Source: an uncultured Candidatus Saccharibacteria bacterium
Lineage (GTDB): Bacteria > Patescibacteriota > Minisyncoccia > Sungbacterales > HO2-52-23
DNA length: 50,946 nucleotides
Assembly (NCBI GenBank): GCA_964358425.1
Contig: CAYHON010000001.1
Coordinates: 21,609-72,554 of the forward strand
Direction: 5' to 3'
Positions within the stretch are counted from its first letter, which is position 1. Each line of letters starts with the position of its first letter. Below are positions 9,868 through 18,641 of the stretch, piece by piece. A model generated the notes under the pieces. The model did not search any database and had not been told where the DNA came from. It worked only from the letters and a program-made list of their open reading frames with translations. The position numbers and the translations under genes were made by a program.

Positions 9868-9945
9868 GGATATACCCTAACACGGAGGCCGTCTATTGCC
9901 CAAATTTGAGACCCAAAGTCATATGGAGGGGTGTGTATAACCCGT

Positions 9946-9974
9946 TTGACTAAAGCCTCTTTTTTGGGTAGTAT
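9946..9974 (+). promoter_or_regulatory. Sigma70-like promoter TTGACT-17-TAGTAT feeding a roughly 280 nt leader of the LysM/M23 gene
   Basis: The -35 hexamer lies at 9946-9951 and the -10 at 9969-9974, with a 17 nt spacer. Confidence 0.45.
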
Positions 9975-10046
9975 GGGGGTTAGGCGATTATCGCTTTTTT
10001 TGTTGGGGGATATCCAACAAAAGACCTGCTTAAAAGCTTAATTTCA

Positions 10047-10086
10047 CCCCCACACTTAACGGATTTAAATCCGTTAAGTGTGGGGG
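10047..10086. repeat. Perfect 40 nt palindrome (20 bp arms)
   Basis: CCCCCACACTTAACGGATTT/AAATCCGTTAAGTGTGGGGG pairs at every position. It is followed by TTTA and lies inside the leader of 10261..11295. Confidence 0.9.
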
Positions 10087-10260
10087 TTTACTGATAGGTA
10101 AGCCAATTTACTTGATCGTTCAGAACGATAGAGTGTCAGACAGGAGATCGATTTTATTATTACCATAAGCAAAATAAGGCAGCTTCTTCTCCTAAAGAAA
10201 AACTGTCGTAAAAATAGCATACCTAAGACCTTTTTAATCAAAAGGATTTTTGGTTTAGTC

Positions 10261-11295
10261 TTGCTGATGGTTTTAGCGGGATTTCTGTTGCCCCGGGCAT
10301 CGGCGCGCGCCGGAGTTTTAGCCGATATTTGGCGTATTTTATCCGGTGGCGAGGACTCCTATAGGGAGACCTCGGTGGCGGCAATTTCCACTCCGCTTAT
10401 GGGGAGCCAAAGCAGTCAAAACATGCCCGTTTACGGGATAGGGGGGTCTTCGGATGATCCGGGGCTTCCTTTGGCGTCTTCTCAAGACAGCGCTCTGGTG
10501 GCCCAGCGCAATCCGGCCGGAACTCTGCCAACCGAGACGTCCGATCAAATCGTAATCTACACTGTAGCCGAGGGAGATACCCCAAGCTCTATCGCTGCAA
10601 AATTTGGGATAAGTCTAAACACCCTGCTTTGGACCAACAATATTAAAAATGCCCGAGCCATCAAGATCGGAGACGAATTGGTTGTTCTGCCGGTATCGGG
10701 AGTCCAGTATGAAATTAAGAAGGGCGATACGATAGAATCTATCGCCAGAAAATTCAAGCCCAAAAACATGAGCGCTGAAGATTTTTCTGATTTCCTGAAT
10801 GAAATCAGCAATTACAACAGTCTGGCCATAAATAAGACTTTGCGGGCCGGTAATATTTTAATCATACCCGACGGAGAAATGAGTACGGCTCCTACCCCAT
10901 CCGCCAAACCGGCCAAGGGATCGCGTCCAAGCAGCGGATTGCCGGAATACATAGGATATTACCGCCGGCCGATTGACGGAGGACGCAAGACGCAGGGCAT
11001 ACACGGCAACAACGGAGTTGATCTGGCCAATTCTTGCGGCACGCCAATGCGCGCCTCCGCCTCCGGCCGGGTGATTGTCGCCAAAAGCTCCGGCTGGAAT
11101 ACGGGCTACGGAAAATATATAGTTATCACTCATCCCAACAACACTCAAACTCTGTATGGGCATATGCAGGCCGTCTATGTGACGGCCGGCCGAGTGGTAG
11201 AGCAGGGCGAGATAATCGGAGAGTTGGGAACCACCGGCCGCTCCACGGGATGTCACATCCACTTTGAAATCCGCGGGGCTAAAAACTCCTTTTAG
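10261..11295 (+). CDS. Peptidoglycan hydrolase with two LysM domains and a C-terminal M23 metallopeptidase
   Basis: Two LysM repeats are present (YTVAEGDTPSSIAAKFGI..., YEIKKGDTIESIARKF...). The M23 motifs are HGNNGVDL and GCHIHFE. The start is uncertain (TTG 10261 or ATG 10267). The frame is open back to 10132 and encodes TM-like residues, but it has no canonical start there. Confidence 0.85.
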   Translation: MLMVLAGFLLPRASARAGVLADIWRILSGGEDSYRETSVAAISTPLMGSQSSQNMPVYGIGGSSDDPGLPLASSQDSALVAQRNPAGTLPTETSDQIVIYTVAEGDTPSSIAAKFGISLNTLLWTNNIKNARAIKIGDELVVLPVSGVQYEIKKGDTIESIARKFKPKNMSAEDFSDFLNEISNYNSLAINKTLRAGNILIIPDGEMSTAPTPSAKPAKGSRPSSGLPEYIGYYRRPIDGGRKTQGIHGNNGVDLANSCGTPMRASASGRVIVAKSSGWNTGYGKYIVITHPNNTQTLYGHMQAVYVTAGRVVEQGEIIGELGTTGRSTGCHIHFEIRGAKNSF

Positions 11296-11339
11296 GGGTC
11301 TCGCTCGATCGCTAAGCGATTTAGAGCAAGAATCCCGTT

Positions 11340-12872
11340 CTAAAAGTTGCTTCCCTGCTCTTGTTGCGGACGGAATTGGAGGGCCTCTAAAATATCGCGG
11401 CTGGCGATTTGGTCCTGTTCGTGCAGGTCGGCGATGGTTCGGGCCAGCTTCAGGACTTTGTGGTAGGAACGGGCCGATAAATTATATTTTTGATACGCCG
11501 ATCGCAGGACCGACTTGGTGTAGTCATCCAGACGGATGAATTCTTTTATTTCCTTGAGACCCATCTCGGCGTTGGTGCCGATGGGCAGGCCGCTGAAACG
11601 TTTTCGTTGCCGTGACCGGGCCTTCTCCACCCTTTTCCTTATCTCGGACGAAGGAGGACTTTCTTGAGATTCCATATTTTGAAAATCCTGCGAGGGCACA
11701 TTGAGATGGATGTCTATCCGGTCCAGCAGAGGGCCGGATATTTTTTTGCTGTAACGGCTGGCGACAGATGGGGGGCAGACGCATTCTTTGAGAGGATTGC
11801 CGTAGTTCCCGCAGGGGCAGGGATTCATGGCGGCTATCAGCATAAATTGGGCGGGAAAAGTTTCCACGCCCATGGCCCGCGCGATGGTGACGCTCCGCTC
11901 CTCCAGCGGCTGGCGCAGAGCTTCCAATACACGGCGGTCAAATTCGGGAAATTCATCCAAAAACAAAACTCCGCGATGGGCCAAGGTTATCTCGCCGGGA
12001 CGGGGATAATTCCCCCCGCCCACTATGGCCACATGGGAGGAGGTATGGTGGGGACTGCGAAAGGGTCTGACGGAGACGAAAGATTGTTTCTCGTTGAGCA
12101 ATCCGGCCACGCTATAAATTTTGGTTACCTCCAGCGCTTCGGCAAAAGTCAGCTTGGGCAAAATGGAGGGCAAGGCGCGGGCTAAGATTGTCTTGCCGGC
12201 TCCCGGAGGTCCGTACATCAAAATATTGTGTCCTCCGGCGGCGGCAATTTCCAAAGACCGCTTGGCTTTTTCCTGGCCTTTTATATCGCTGAAATCAAGC
12301 GAGCCCGCTACCACTTCTAAATTTACTTCGGTCTTAGGTAGCGGGGAGAGCGTCTTCACGCCGGATAAATATTCTATCATCTCGGACAGGCTTTCCACTT
12401 CAATAATTTCAATATTCTCCAGGACCGCCGCCTCTATGCCACTTCCCTTGGGCAGAATTATTTGTCTAAACCCGCATATTTCGGCCGCGAGCGCAATGGG
12501 CAGAACTCCGGAAATTTTACGCAAAGTTCCGTCCAGACCCAATTCCCCCAGAAACATTTTTTCTCTCGGATCAAAACTTATTTGGTTGGAGGCCAGGAGA
12601 TAACCAAGCGCCACCGGCAAATCAAAAGCCGGCCCTTCTTTGCGGATATTGGCCGGCGCTAAATTCACGATAACCCTCTGGCTTTTTTTGTGCGGAGCGA
12701 GCGCTCCGGTATTTCTGATGGCCGCGGATATTCTTTCGCGCGATTCCTGCACTTCTTTGTCGGCGAGCCCCACGATGGTAAAGATATGAAGCCCCGGAGA
12801 TACGTCCACTTCCACGGAGATGGGTTGGGCCTGAAGTCCGGTCACCTGTCCGGAATATATAGTGACAGCCAT
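11340..12872 (-). CDS. comM: Mg-chelatase-like AAA+ protein ComM/YifB
   Basis: It has the Lon-like N-domain, Walker A MYGPPGAGKT, LFLDEFPEF, and the C-terminal ChlI-type domain. Confidence 0.9.
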   Translation of the reverse strand: MAVTIYSGQVTGLQAQPISVEVDVSPGLHIFTIVGLADKEVQESRERISAAIRNTGALAPHKKSQRVIVNLAPANIRKEGPAFDLPVALGYLLASNQISFDPREKMFLGELGLDGTLRKISGVLPIALAAEICGFRQIILPKGSGIEAAVLENIEIIEVESLSEMIEYLSGVKTLSPLPKTEVNLEVVAGSLDFSDIKGQEKAKRSLEIAAAGGHNILMYGPPGAGKTILARALPSILPKLTFAEALEVTKIYSVAGLLNEKQSFVSVRPFRSPHHTSSHVAIVGGGNYPRPGEITLAHRGVLFLDEFPEFDRRVLEALRQPLEERSVTIARAMGVETFPAQFMLIAAMNPCPCGNYGNPLKECVCPPSVASRYSKKISGPLLDRIDIHLNVPSQDFQNMESQESPPSSEIRKRVEKARSRQRKRFSGLPIGTNAEMGLKEIKEFIRLDDYTKSVLRSAYQKYNLSARSYHKVLKLARTIADLHEQDQIASRDILEALQFRPQQEQGSNF

Positions 12873-12965
12873 AAGTTAGTGACATGTAACATGCGACAGG
12901 TGACAAGAAAATTTTTTTAAAAGCATTTCCATGTCACATGTTACTTGTCACTTGTTACTGAAATT

Positions 12966-13340
12966 TTAGATGTGTTCGGCATGGCATTCGGCGGCGGGAT
13001 TGGCCCGCAGGCGGTCTATCCCCAGAGGCTTGTGACATTTTTTGCATATGCCGAATTGTTTAGTGTCTATTCTTTCCAGAGCATGATTTACTTCCAGCAG
13101 TCTTGATTCCAGGCTGTCTTCCGCGGCCAGCCGCATTTCATATTCTTCTACTTCGTCAGCCTCTTCTTCTTTTTGCGCATGAGAAATATTTTCCGATCTT
13201 TCAAAAGTCGGAAACTGGACTTTCCATTCGCCCTTGATGTCTTTATCCGGGCGGGCTATGGATGTAAGCTCGGAGACAAGCTGGGTTTTTTCCCCTTCCA
13301 GCAATTCCCGCAATTCGTTTAAAGTCTTTTCGTCTAACAT
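12966..13340 (-). CDS. DksA/TraR-family C4 zinc-finger protein
   Basis: The C-terminus CKKCHKPLGIDRLRANPAAECHAEH follows an acidic coiled-coil. Confidence 0.75.
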   Translation of the reverse strand: MLDEKTLNELRELLEGEKTQLVSELTSIARPDKDIKGEWKVQFPTFERSENISHAQKEEEADEVEEYEMRLAAEDSLESRLLEVNHALERIDTKQFGICKKCHKPLGIDRLRANPAAECHAEHI

Positions 13341-13381
13341 ATAGGAATTCTATATCTACCCGAGAAAAAAAGCCAGTATGG

Positions 13382-14311
13382 TTATCTGGCTTCAAAAAGC
13401 CGGTTGATGACGCTCTCCGTGGCGGCCTTGCTCATGGTAAAAACCAAAATATTTTTGGCCGGAAATATTAAATATCCTATATCCAGATCCAAGTCGTGAC
13501 TGTGTTTATGCAGCCGCCAGTCTATGTTTCTATAAGTCCGATCTTCAAAGAGATCCAGCATTTCCCCGGGTATCTCTCCGAAGAAAAAAGCTTCAAAATC
13601 GGACATCAGGGCCGGCTCCCAATTGAGCATGGTGAGCAGGGCCCGGTCGGGATCCAGAGCTTTTACGGCAAACCCAAAACGGCTTCCCTCTTCGCCGTAG
13701 TAGACGAAAACCATAAGATTTTTGTCTACAAAATTCAAAAATCTTTCCGGAGGATGGATATTGTAGAAATTAAAAAGGTCGGCGATGGTGGCAAATCTCT
13801 CGGTCTCGCCATCCTGCAGTTTTATAATCAGTCTTTTAATGCTGCCGTAGCGCTCCTGCTCCTTCATGGTGTCCCGTATCAAGCGGAAAAGCTGGAGCCG
13901 ATCCTGGGCTTTGACCGTGATAGTCCGTGAAGTCTCGGTAATGAAAAAGGGAGGAGGAGTCACCAGTTTGGAGGGTCTAATTATAGACCCTCCCCCCTGC
14001 TGGGAAGTCCGCCAGACATAGAAACCGCCTCCGCCCAGCAATAAAAGAGCCACAACGGTAGCTACGATGGAGTTTTTTTTCTTTTTAGATAGACTGCTGA
14101 AAAACCTCTGGCCGCCGTCTGCCGGTCCGATCATCTGCGAAAGGCTCGGACGGGAGGTTTTGAACAATTCCTCCGTGTCGGACTTCATGGTTCTCAACAG
14201 AGGCCTCTTTCTAGGTGGCTCCGGTGTTATAACCGGGGCGGATGACGAAGAAGGTTGTCCAGCCGGAGCCGGCCCGGGCACGGGGTTTGGTTTTAACTGA
14301 TCTCCCTCCAT
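13382..14311 (-). CDS. Hypothetical single-pass membrane protein
   Basis: It is 309 aa with a Pro-rich disordered N-terminus and a TM segment IVATVVALLLLGGGGFYVW. No motifs were recognised. Confidence 0.55.
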   Translation of the reverse strand: MEGDQLKPNPVPGPAPAGQPSSSSAPVITPEPPRKRPLLRTMKSDTEELFKTSRPSLSQMIGPADGGQRFFSSLSKKKKNSIVATVVALLLLGGGGFYVWRTSQQGGGSIIRPSKLVTPPPFFITETSRTITVKAQDRLQLFRLIRDTMKEQERYGSIKRLIIKLQDGETERFATIADLFNFYNIHPPERFLNFVDKNLMVFVYYGEEGSRFGFAVKALDPDRALLTMLNWEPALMSDFEAFFFGEIPGEMLDLFEDRTYRNIDWRLHKHSHDLDLDIGYLIFPAKNILVFTMSKAATESVINRLFEAR

Positions 14312-14339
14312 GATCTTGTTTTTGTTTAAAAACTAGACG

Positions 14340-16520
14340 TTACCTAAAGTTTCGGTGGGGACGGCTTGGTCGGTCGGGTCCTCGGTGACGCTCTTCTCCC
14401 AGACCTTTCTGTATTTCCTCCGGAGTATATTTACCGGGAACGTCTTTCAGAGAAAGGTTTACCCTTCCCTGCTCGTCTATATTTTTTACCATCACCTGAA
14501 CCGTCTCTCCAAGCTTAAGAATATCAGTTACTTTATCAACTCGCCATGGGGCCAGCTCCGAAATGTGGACAAGGCCGTCTTGGCGCGGACCTATTTCCAC
14601 CATTGCTCCGAAATCCAAGATTCTGGAGACCTTTCCTTCCAGCAGTTCGCCCGGTGTTATTTCCTTGGTGATTTGTTTGACCATGGCAAGGGCCTTGGCC
14701 ATACCTTCCGCCTTTTCGGAGGTAATAAACACCGTGCCGTCGTCTTCAATATCAATTTGCGCTCCGGTAGCAGCGATAATCTCATTTATAACTTTACCTC
14801 CCGGTCCAATCAATGATCCAATCTTCTCCGGATTTATTTTAATTATGCTTATTCTGGGTGCCCAAGGGCTTAGCTCCGATCGCGGTTCGGCGATAATAGT
14901 CTGCATGTAATCAAGAATCTTCAGGCGGGTATTGAGAGCTTGGGTCAGGGTGGCGCGCATCATTTCCGGAGTTATGCCCTCTATCTTCACGTCCATCTGG
15001 ACGGCGGTGATTCCATCTCGGGTTCCGGCAACTTTGAAGTCCATGTCTCCGTGATGATCTTCCGGTCCTTGGATGTCGGTCAAGACTTTGTAATCTCCTT
15101 TCTCGTTGAGCATCAATCCCATGGCGGCTCCGGCCGCAAGTTTAGAAATTGGTACGCCGGCATCCATCAAGGCAAGAGATGCTCCGCAGACGGAGGCCAT
15201 AGAGGAGGACCCGTTGGATGACAATATTTCCGATACGATGCGGATGGTATAGGGAAAAGCGTCACGATTTGGCAGTAAGGGCAAAATAGCTTTTCCGGCC
15301 AACGCCCCGTGTCCTATCTCTCTTCGCCCCGGTCCGCGCATAGGCTTGGTCTCCCCGACGGAGAAAGGCGGAAAATTATAGTGCAGTAAAAATCTTTTCT
15401 TGGTGCGGATTTCCATCCCTTCAATTATTTGCTCATCGCCGGGTGCGCCTAAAGTCAGGGTAGCAAGCGCGTGGGTCTGTCCGCGCATAAAAATGCCGGA
15501 CCCGTGGACACGGGGCAGTACACCGACGGCGGCTTTAAGTTCCCTTAATTCATCCGGCTTACGTCCATCAGGCCGCTCCCCTTTTTCTAGGATGTGGCGG
15601 TGGACGATGTCATTTATTTCTTCATCAAACAAAATTTCACAGGATCCTTTCTGAAAAAGATCGGGATAAGTTTCCACGGCACGCGCAAAAAATTCTTTCT
15701 TCACCAAATCCACCGACTCGTACATTTCCTGCTTGTTTTTTTGATAGACGGCTTTTTCGATTCTTTCCGAAAAAGTTTTAAGGAGTTTTTGAAGCTCCAG
15801 AGGGACCTCAAGCAATTTAACTTCGGTCTTTGGTTTGCCGTTCTCGGCGATTATTTTTTTCTGGAAATCAACCAGCTGTTTTATGTGACCATGTCCCCAC
15901 TCAACCGCCTCGGCAAAATCATTTTCAGCCAGCTCCTTGGCTCCGGCTTCCAGCATGTTTATGCGGTCCGCGGTGCCGGAAACCACCACATCCAGCTGGG
16001 CTTCTAATCTTTCGGCGGTAGTAGGATTTAGCAGTTTTTCTCCATCCTTATTACGCCCGATGCGCACTCCGGCCACCGGGCCACTCCAGGGTATGTCGGA
16101 GAGTCCCAGGGCGAGCGATGCTCCGAGCAGTCCGGGGATGTCCGGATCGTTTTGCTCGTCTATAGAGAGGACGGTTATGATAACCTGCACCTCGTTTCTC
16201 ATTTTGGAGTTGAAGCGCGGGCGGATGGACCGGTCAATAAAACGCCCGGCCAAAACAGCCTCCTCCGAAGGACGAGTTTCTCTTTTGATGAAGCGGGAAC
16301 CTAGGATTTTGCCGGTGGCGTAGAATTTTTCTTCGTATTCCACGGACAAGGGAAAGTAATCCATCCCCTCTTTGGGGTTCTTGCCCATCACGGCGGTGGC
16401 GAGCACGATAGTATCGCCCAGGCGAACCAAAACCGAGCCGGAGGCCTGCTCCGCCCAATTGTTCAGCTCAACTTGGATTTCTTTATCTCCAAGGGAGCAG
16501 GAATATTTTTTAGTATCCAC
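14340..16520 (-). CDS. pnp: Polyribonucleotide nucleotidyltransferase (PNPase)
   Basis: It has two RNase PH domains plus KH ([11 protein letters not shown]) and S1 ([15 protein letters not shown]) domains. The start codon is GTG. Confidence 0.95.
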   Translation of the reverse strand: MDTKKYSCSLGDKEIQVELNNWAEQASGSVLVRLGDTIVLATAVMGKNPKEGMDYFPLSVEYEEKFYATGKILGSRFIKRETRPSEEAVLAGRFIDRSIRPRFNSKMRNEVQVIITVLSIDEQNDPDIPGLLGASLALGLSDIPWSGPVAGVRIGRNKDGEKLLNPTTAERLEAQLDVVVSGTADRINMLEAGAKELAENDFAEAVEWGHGHIKQLVDFQKKIIAENGKPKTEVKLLEVPLELQKLLKTFSERIEKAVYQKNKQEMYESVDLVKKEFFARAVETYPDLFQKGSCEILFDEEINDIVHRHILEKGERPDGRKPDELRELKAAVGVLPRVHGSGIFMRGQTHALATLTLGAPGDEQIIEGMEIRTKKRFLLHYNFPPFSVGETKPMRGPGRREIGHGALAGKAILPLLPNRDAFPYTIRIVSEILSSNGSSSMASVCGASLALMDAGVPISKLAAGAAMGLMLNEKGDYKVLTDIQGPEDHHGDMDFKVAGTRDGITAVQMDVKIEGITPEMMRATLTQALNTRLKILDYMQTIIAEPRSELSPWAPRISIIKINPEKIGSLIGPGGKVINEIIAATGAQIDIEDDGTVFITSEKAEGMAKALAMVKQITKEITPGELLEGKVSRILDFGAMVEIGPRQDGLVHISELAPWRVDKVTDILKLGETVQVMVKNIDEQGRVNLSLKDVPGKYTPEEIQKGLGEERHRGPDRPSRPHRNFR

Positions 16521-16555
16521 TAAAACTGGAGTTTGGAATCGCCAAGAGGAGTCTC

Positions 16556-16615
16556 AAATCATTCATTTTTAGATACGACGTATTTTAAGGGGTCGCTTCC
16601 AAAAATGAATGATTT
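16556..16615 (-). promoter_or_regulatory. Strong stem-loop in the pnp 5' leader (15 bp perfect stem, 30 nt loop)
   Basis: AAATCATTCATTTTT (16556-16570) pairs perfectly with AAAAATGAATGATTT (16601-16615). Its position is analogous to the RNase III-processed rpsO-pnp leader hairpin of E. coli. Confidence 0.5.
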
Positions 16616-16658
16616 TTCTTTTTTTAAGATTCCTACTTAAGCTTTTTCCAAAAACTTT

Positions 16659-17171
16659 TTACCTTACTTTTAAAAGAAATTTTTTGGGGTCAGAACCTAA
16701 ATCCGTAAAATCATCAGCCGCCTCCTTCAGTTTGGACGAGGTGGATCGGGCAAAGGATAATACTTCCACCTGGATACCCTTGGCCTTTAGATATTCCACC
16801 AGGGGTATGAAGTCTCCATCACCGCTGACGATGACCACCGTATCTATCATGGTCTCGGACAGCCGTACGGCATCAATGGTCAGCCCTACGTCCCAGTCGG
16901 CCTTTTTCATGCCACCGGGAAAAATCTGCAAATCCTTTATTCGGGTTTCAATACCGATTTTACCAAGGGCTTCTAGAAATAGTTTTTCCTCGCCGGTTTC
17001 CGTGCGGATGACATAACCAATAGCCCGGACAAGCTCCCGTCCGGCAACAGACGATTTTAAAACTTCTTTGAAATTGACCCGGGCGGTATAGAGATTACGG
17101 GCCGAATGATACATATTCTGCACATCTATCAGGACTGCTACCCGCTGGGCCTTGTGTTTGATAACCGACAC
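16659..17171 (-). CDS. NYN-domain (LabA/DUF88-like) protein, a putative RNase
   Basis: VAVLIDVQNMYHS...VIVSGDGDFIPLVEYLKAKG is typical of LabA-like NYN domains. Confidence 0.75.
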   Translation of the reverse strand: MSVIKHKAQRVAVLIDVQNMYHSARNLYTARVNFKEVLKSSVAGRELVRAIGYVIRTETGEEKLFLEALGKIGIETRIKDLQIFPGGMKKADWDVGLTIDAVRLSETMIDTVVIVSGDGDFIPLVEYLKAKGIQVEVLSFARSTSSKLKEAADDFTDLGSDPKKFLLKVR

Positions 17172-17173
17172 GT

Positions 17174-17443
17174 TTATTTTTTGAGACCTAACTTTTTAAT
17201 CAGGCTGTTATATTTTCTCAGATTGTTCTCTTTGAGATAATCCAAAAATTTTTTTCTTTGCCCCACCATCCCCAAAAGTCCGCGACGGGAATGATTATCT
17301 TTTTTATGGGTTTTAAGGTGTTCGGTCAGCTGAGTGATTTTTTCAGTCAAAACAGCCACCTGCACCTCGGTGGAACCCGTATCCGTGTCGTGAATACGGT
17401 GTTTTTCTATTATTTTAGCCTTTTCTTTGGTATTTAAAGCCAT
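17174..17443 (-). CDS. rpsO: 30S ribosomal protein S15
   Basis: It is 89 aa and contains TGSTEVQVA, HLKTHKKDNHSRRGLL and GQRKKFLDYL. Confidence 0.95.
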   Translation of the reverse strand: MALNTKEKAKIIEKHRIHDTDTGSTEVQVAVLTEKITQLTEHLKTHKKDNHSRRGLLGMVGQRKKFLDYLKENNLRKYNSLIKKLGLKK

Positions 17444-17546
17444 AATCCAATCTTAACACAATCTATCCTTTTTGACAACTATTAAGCTATTATAAAAAAA
17501 TACGGCGTTTCTTTGGGAAATCACCGCTTGTTGCTAAAATCGCGTA

Positions 17547-17987
17547 TTATTTACTCTCTTTGACCGTAAAAACAGAATCAGCCGGCAGGTAGGAGATAAT
17601 CGCATTTTCCCAATATGAGCTGACGAGCGCGGAAGAAATTCTTTTGAATCTGTCAGGGTGTTTATCGCGCCAGGCCTGCAAGGCTTTGTAGATATCCTCC
17701 GAACGATTACCTTGGTTGTAAACAAACACCAGCCCTTTTCCGTCGTCAAAATAAAGTTCCCGCTGTCGTATATTCTCCTTCTTAATTTCCGATTGGAAAT
17801 AAGGTACAACGTATTTAAACACAAGAAAGGCCGAGACAACCAAGACCATGGTAACAATAACACCCGTACGCAACCTTCTTAAATAGCGCGCTTCATCCGC
17901 GGTTACCATAGCAAAGCTCCTTTGTAAAAAATGTCTACTGTTTATAAGTTTTATAAGATCGGCCAAGAACTGCTTACAGCTTAACAC
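17547..17987 (-). CDS. Hypothetical single-pass membrane protein
   Basis: The TM segment is GVIVTMVLVVSAFLVF. The true start may be the internal M27 (17909). Confidence 0.5.
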   Translation of the reverse strand: MLSCKQFLADLIKLINSRHFLQRSFAMVTADEARYLRRLRTGVIVTMVLVVSAFLVFKYVVPYFQSEIKKENIRQRELYFDDGKGLVFVYNQGNRSEDIYKALQAWRDKHPDRFKRISSALVSSYWENAIISYLPADSVFTVKESK

Positions 17988-18014
17988 TCTTGATTGCTTT
18001 AGTCAAAGAAAGTA

Positions 18015-18064
18015 TCCACCCACCAGGGATTGAACCTGGGTCTGCGGATTAAGAGTCCGTAGCT
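18015..18064 (-). pseudogene. tRNA 3' portion (anticodon arm with a CTT loop, T-arm, acceptor 3' strand) with no adjacent 5' half
   Basis: The minus strand reads AGCT-A-CGGA-CTCTTAA-TCCG-C-AGAC-CCAGG-TTCAATC-CCTGG-TGGGTGG-A. Confidence 0.6.
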
Positions 18065-18114
18065 GTTTTGCTTCTCGCAAAACCCCCGGGATTGCTTTTA
18101 TTATATCTCCATTC

Positions 18115-18183
18115 TCCGCCCATCAGGAGTTGAACCTGCAACCTATTAAACTGCGACGTTTACCCCGTATCAAATTTAGCCGG
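18115..18183 (-). pseudogene. tRNA 3' fragment (T-arm plus acceptor 3' strand TGGGCGG-A) preceded by one arm of an inverted repeat
   Basis: The minus strand reads ...GCAGG-TTCAACT-CCTG-A-TGGGCGG-A. No convincing anticodon arm is present. Confidence 0.55.
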
Positions 18184-18256
18184 TCCGTCCCCCGAGAGTC
18201 GAACTCGGAACCGTCGCCTTAAGAGGGCGCTGCTCTGCCAGTTGAGCTAGGGACGG
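18184..18256 (-). tRNA. tRNA-Lys (anticodon CTT), 73 nt, with no encoded CCA
   Basis: It folds by hand into a cloverleaf: CCGTCCC/GGGACGG acceptor, GCTC/GAGC D-stem, loop CTCTTAA, T-arm CCGAG-TTCGACT-CTCGG, discriminator A. Confidence 0.85.
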
Positions 18257-18270
18257 ATAAATTTTGATGA

Positions 18271-18293
18271 GGGGCCAATTGAGCTATGGGCGG
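18271..18293 (-). pseudogene. tRNA 5' fragment (acceptor CCGCCCA, TA, D-stem GCTC, D-loop AATTGG...)
   Basis: It is perfectly complementary to the acceptor 3' strand at 18116-18122. It also pairs with the strand at 18016-18022, using one G-U at position 3:70. Confidence 0.55.
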
Positions 18294-18345
18294 AGATTGG
18301 ATGGGATTTTAGTAGCAATCCCGCGAAACGATAATTAATCGTTTC

Positions 18346-18365
18346 GCCCACTAAGCTATGGGGGC
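18346..18365 (-). pseudogene. Second tRNA 5'-like fragment (GCCCCCA-TA-GCTT-AGTGGGC)
   Basis: It resembles a tRNA 5' end and abuts the toxin stop codon. No good acceptor partner was found in the window. Confidence 0.4.
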
Positions 18366-18634
18366 TATCTGTATATATCTTTTCTGTTGCCTATGTAAAG
18401 AAAATGTATCTTTTGCACTGTTAGGAAACGGAATTTGATTCGGTAATCTTTGTCTATCCAAAAACTCCACACTTCTTCGTGATGCGGCTCAAGTTTTTTG
18501 GTGTGCAATGAAGAATAAAATGGATTCTGACGAAAAAATTTGGTCTTCAGATCAGCTTTCTGGCGGACGGCTTTGGGTAATTTTTGATAGAGTCTGATAA
18601 AAGTTTCAGTAACAGAAATTTCTATCATATTCAT
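18365..18634 (-). CDS. RelE/ParE-superfamily toxin (type II TA)
   Basis: It is an 89 aa basic protein with the KLP..VR...... pattern and the ...W.F.I..DYRI.F.. core typical of the RelE/ParE fold. It lies 7 nt downstream of a small partner ORF. Confidence 0.65.
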   Translation of the reverse strand: MNMIEISVTETFIRLYQKLPKAVRQKADLKTKFFRQNPFYSSLHTKKLEPHHEEVWSFWIDKDYRIKFRFLTVQKIHFLYIGNRKDIYR

Positions 18635-18641
18635 ATGAAAA

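Noticed and set aside
9975-10260. c-di-AMP (ydaO-type) or other known riboswitch upstream of the LysM/M23 hydrolase
   Set aside because: I could not find the conserved ydaO core sequences (ACGGGGA / CCCA-type pseudo-symmetric motifs). Only generic hairpins are present.
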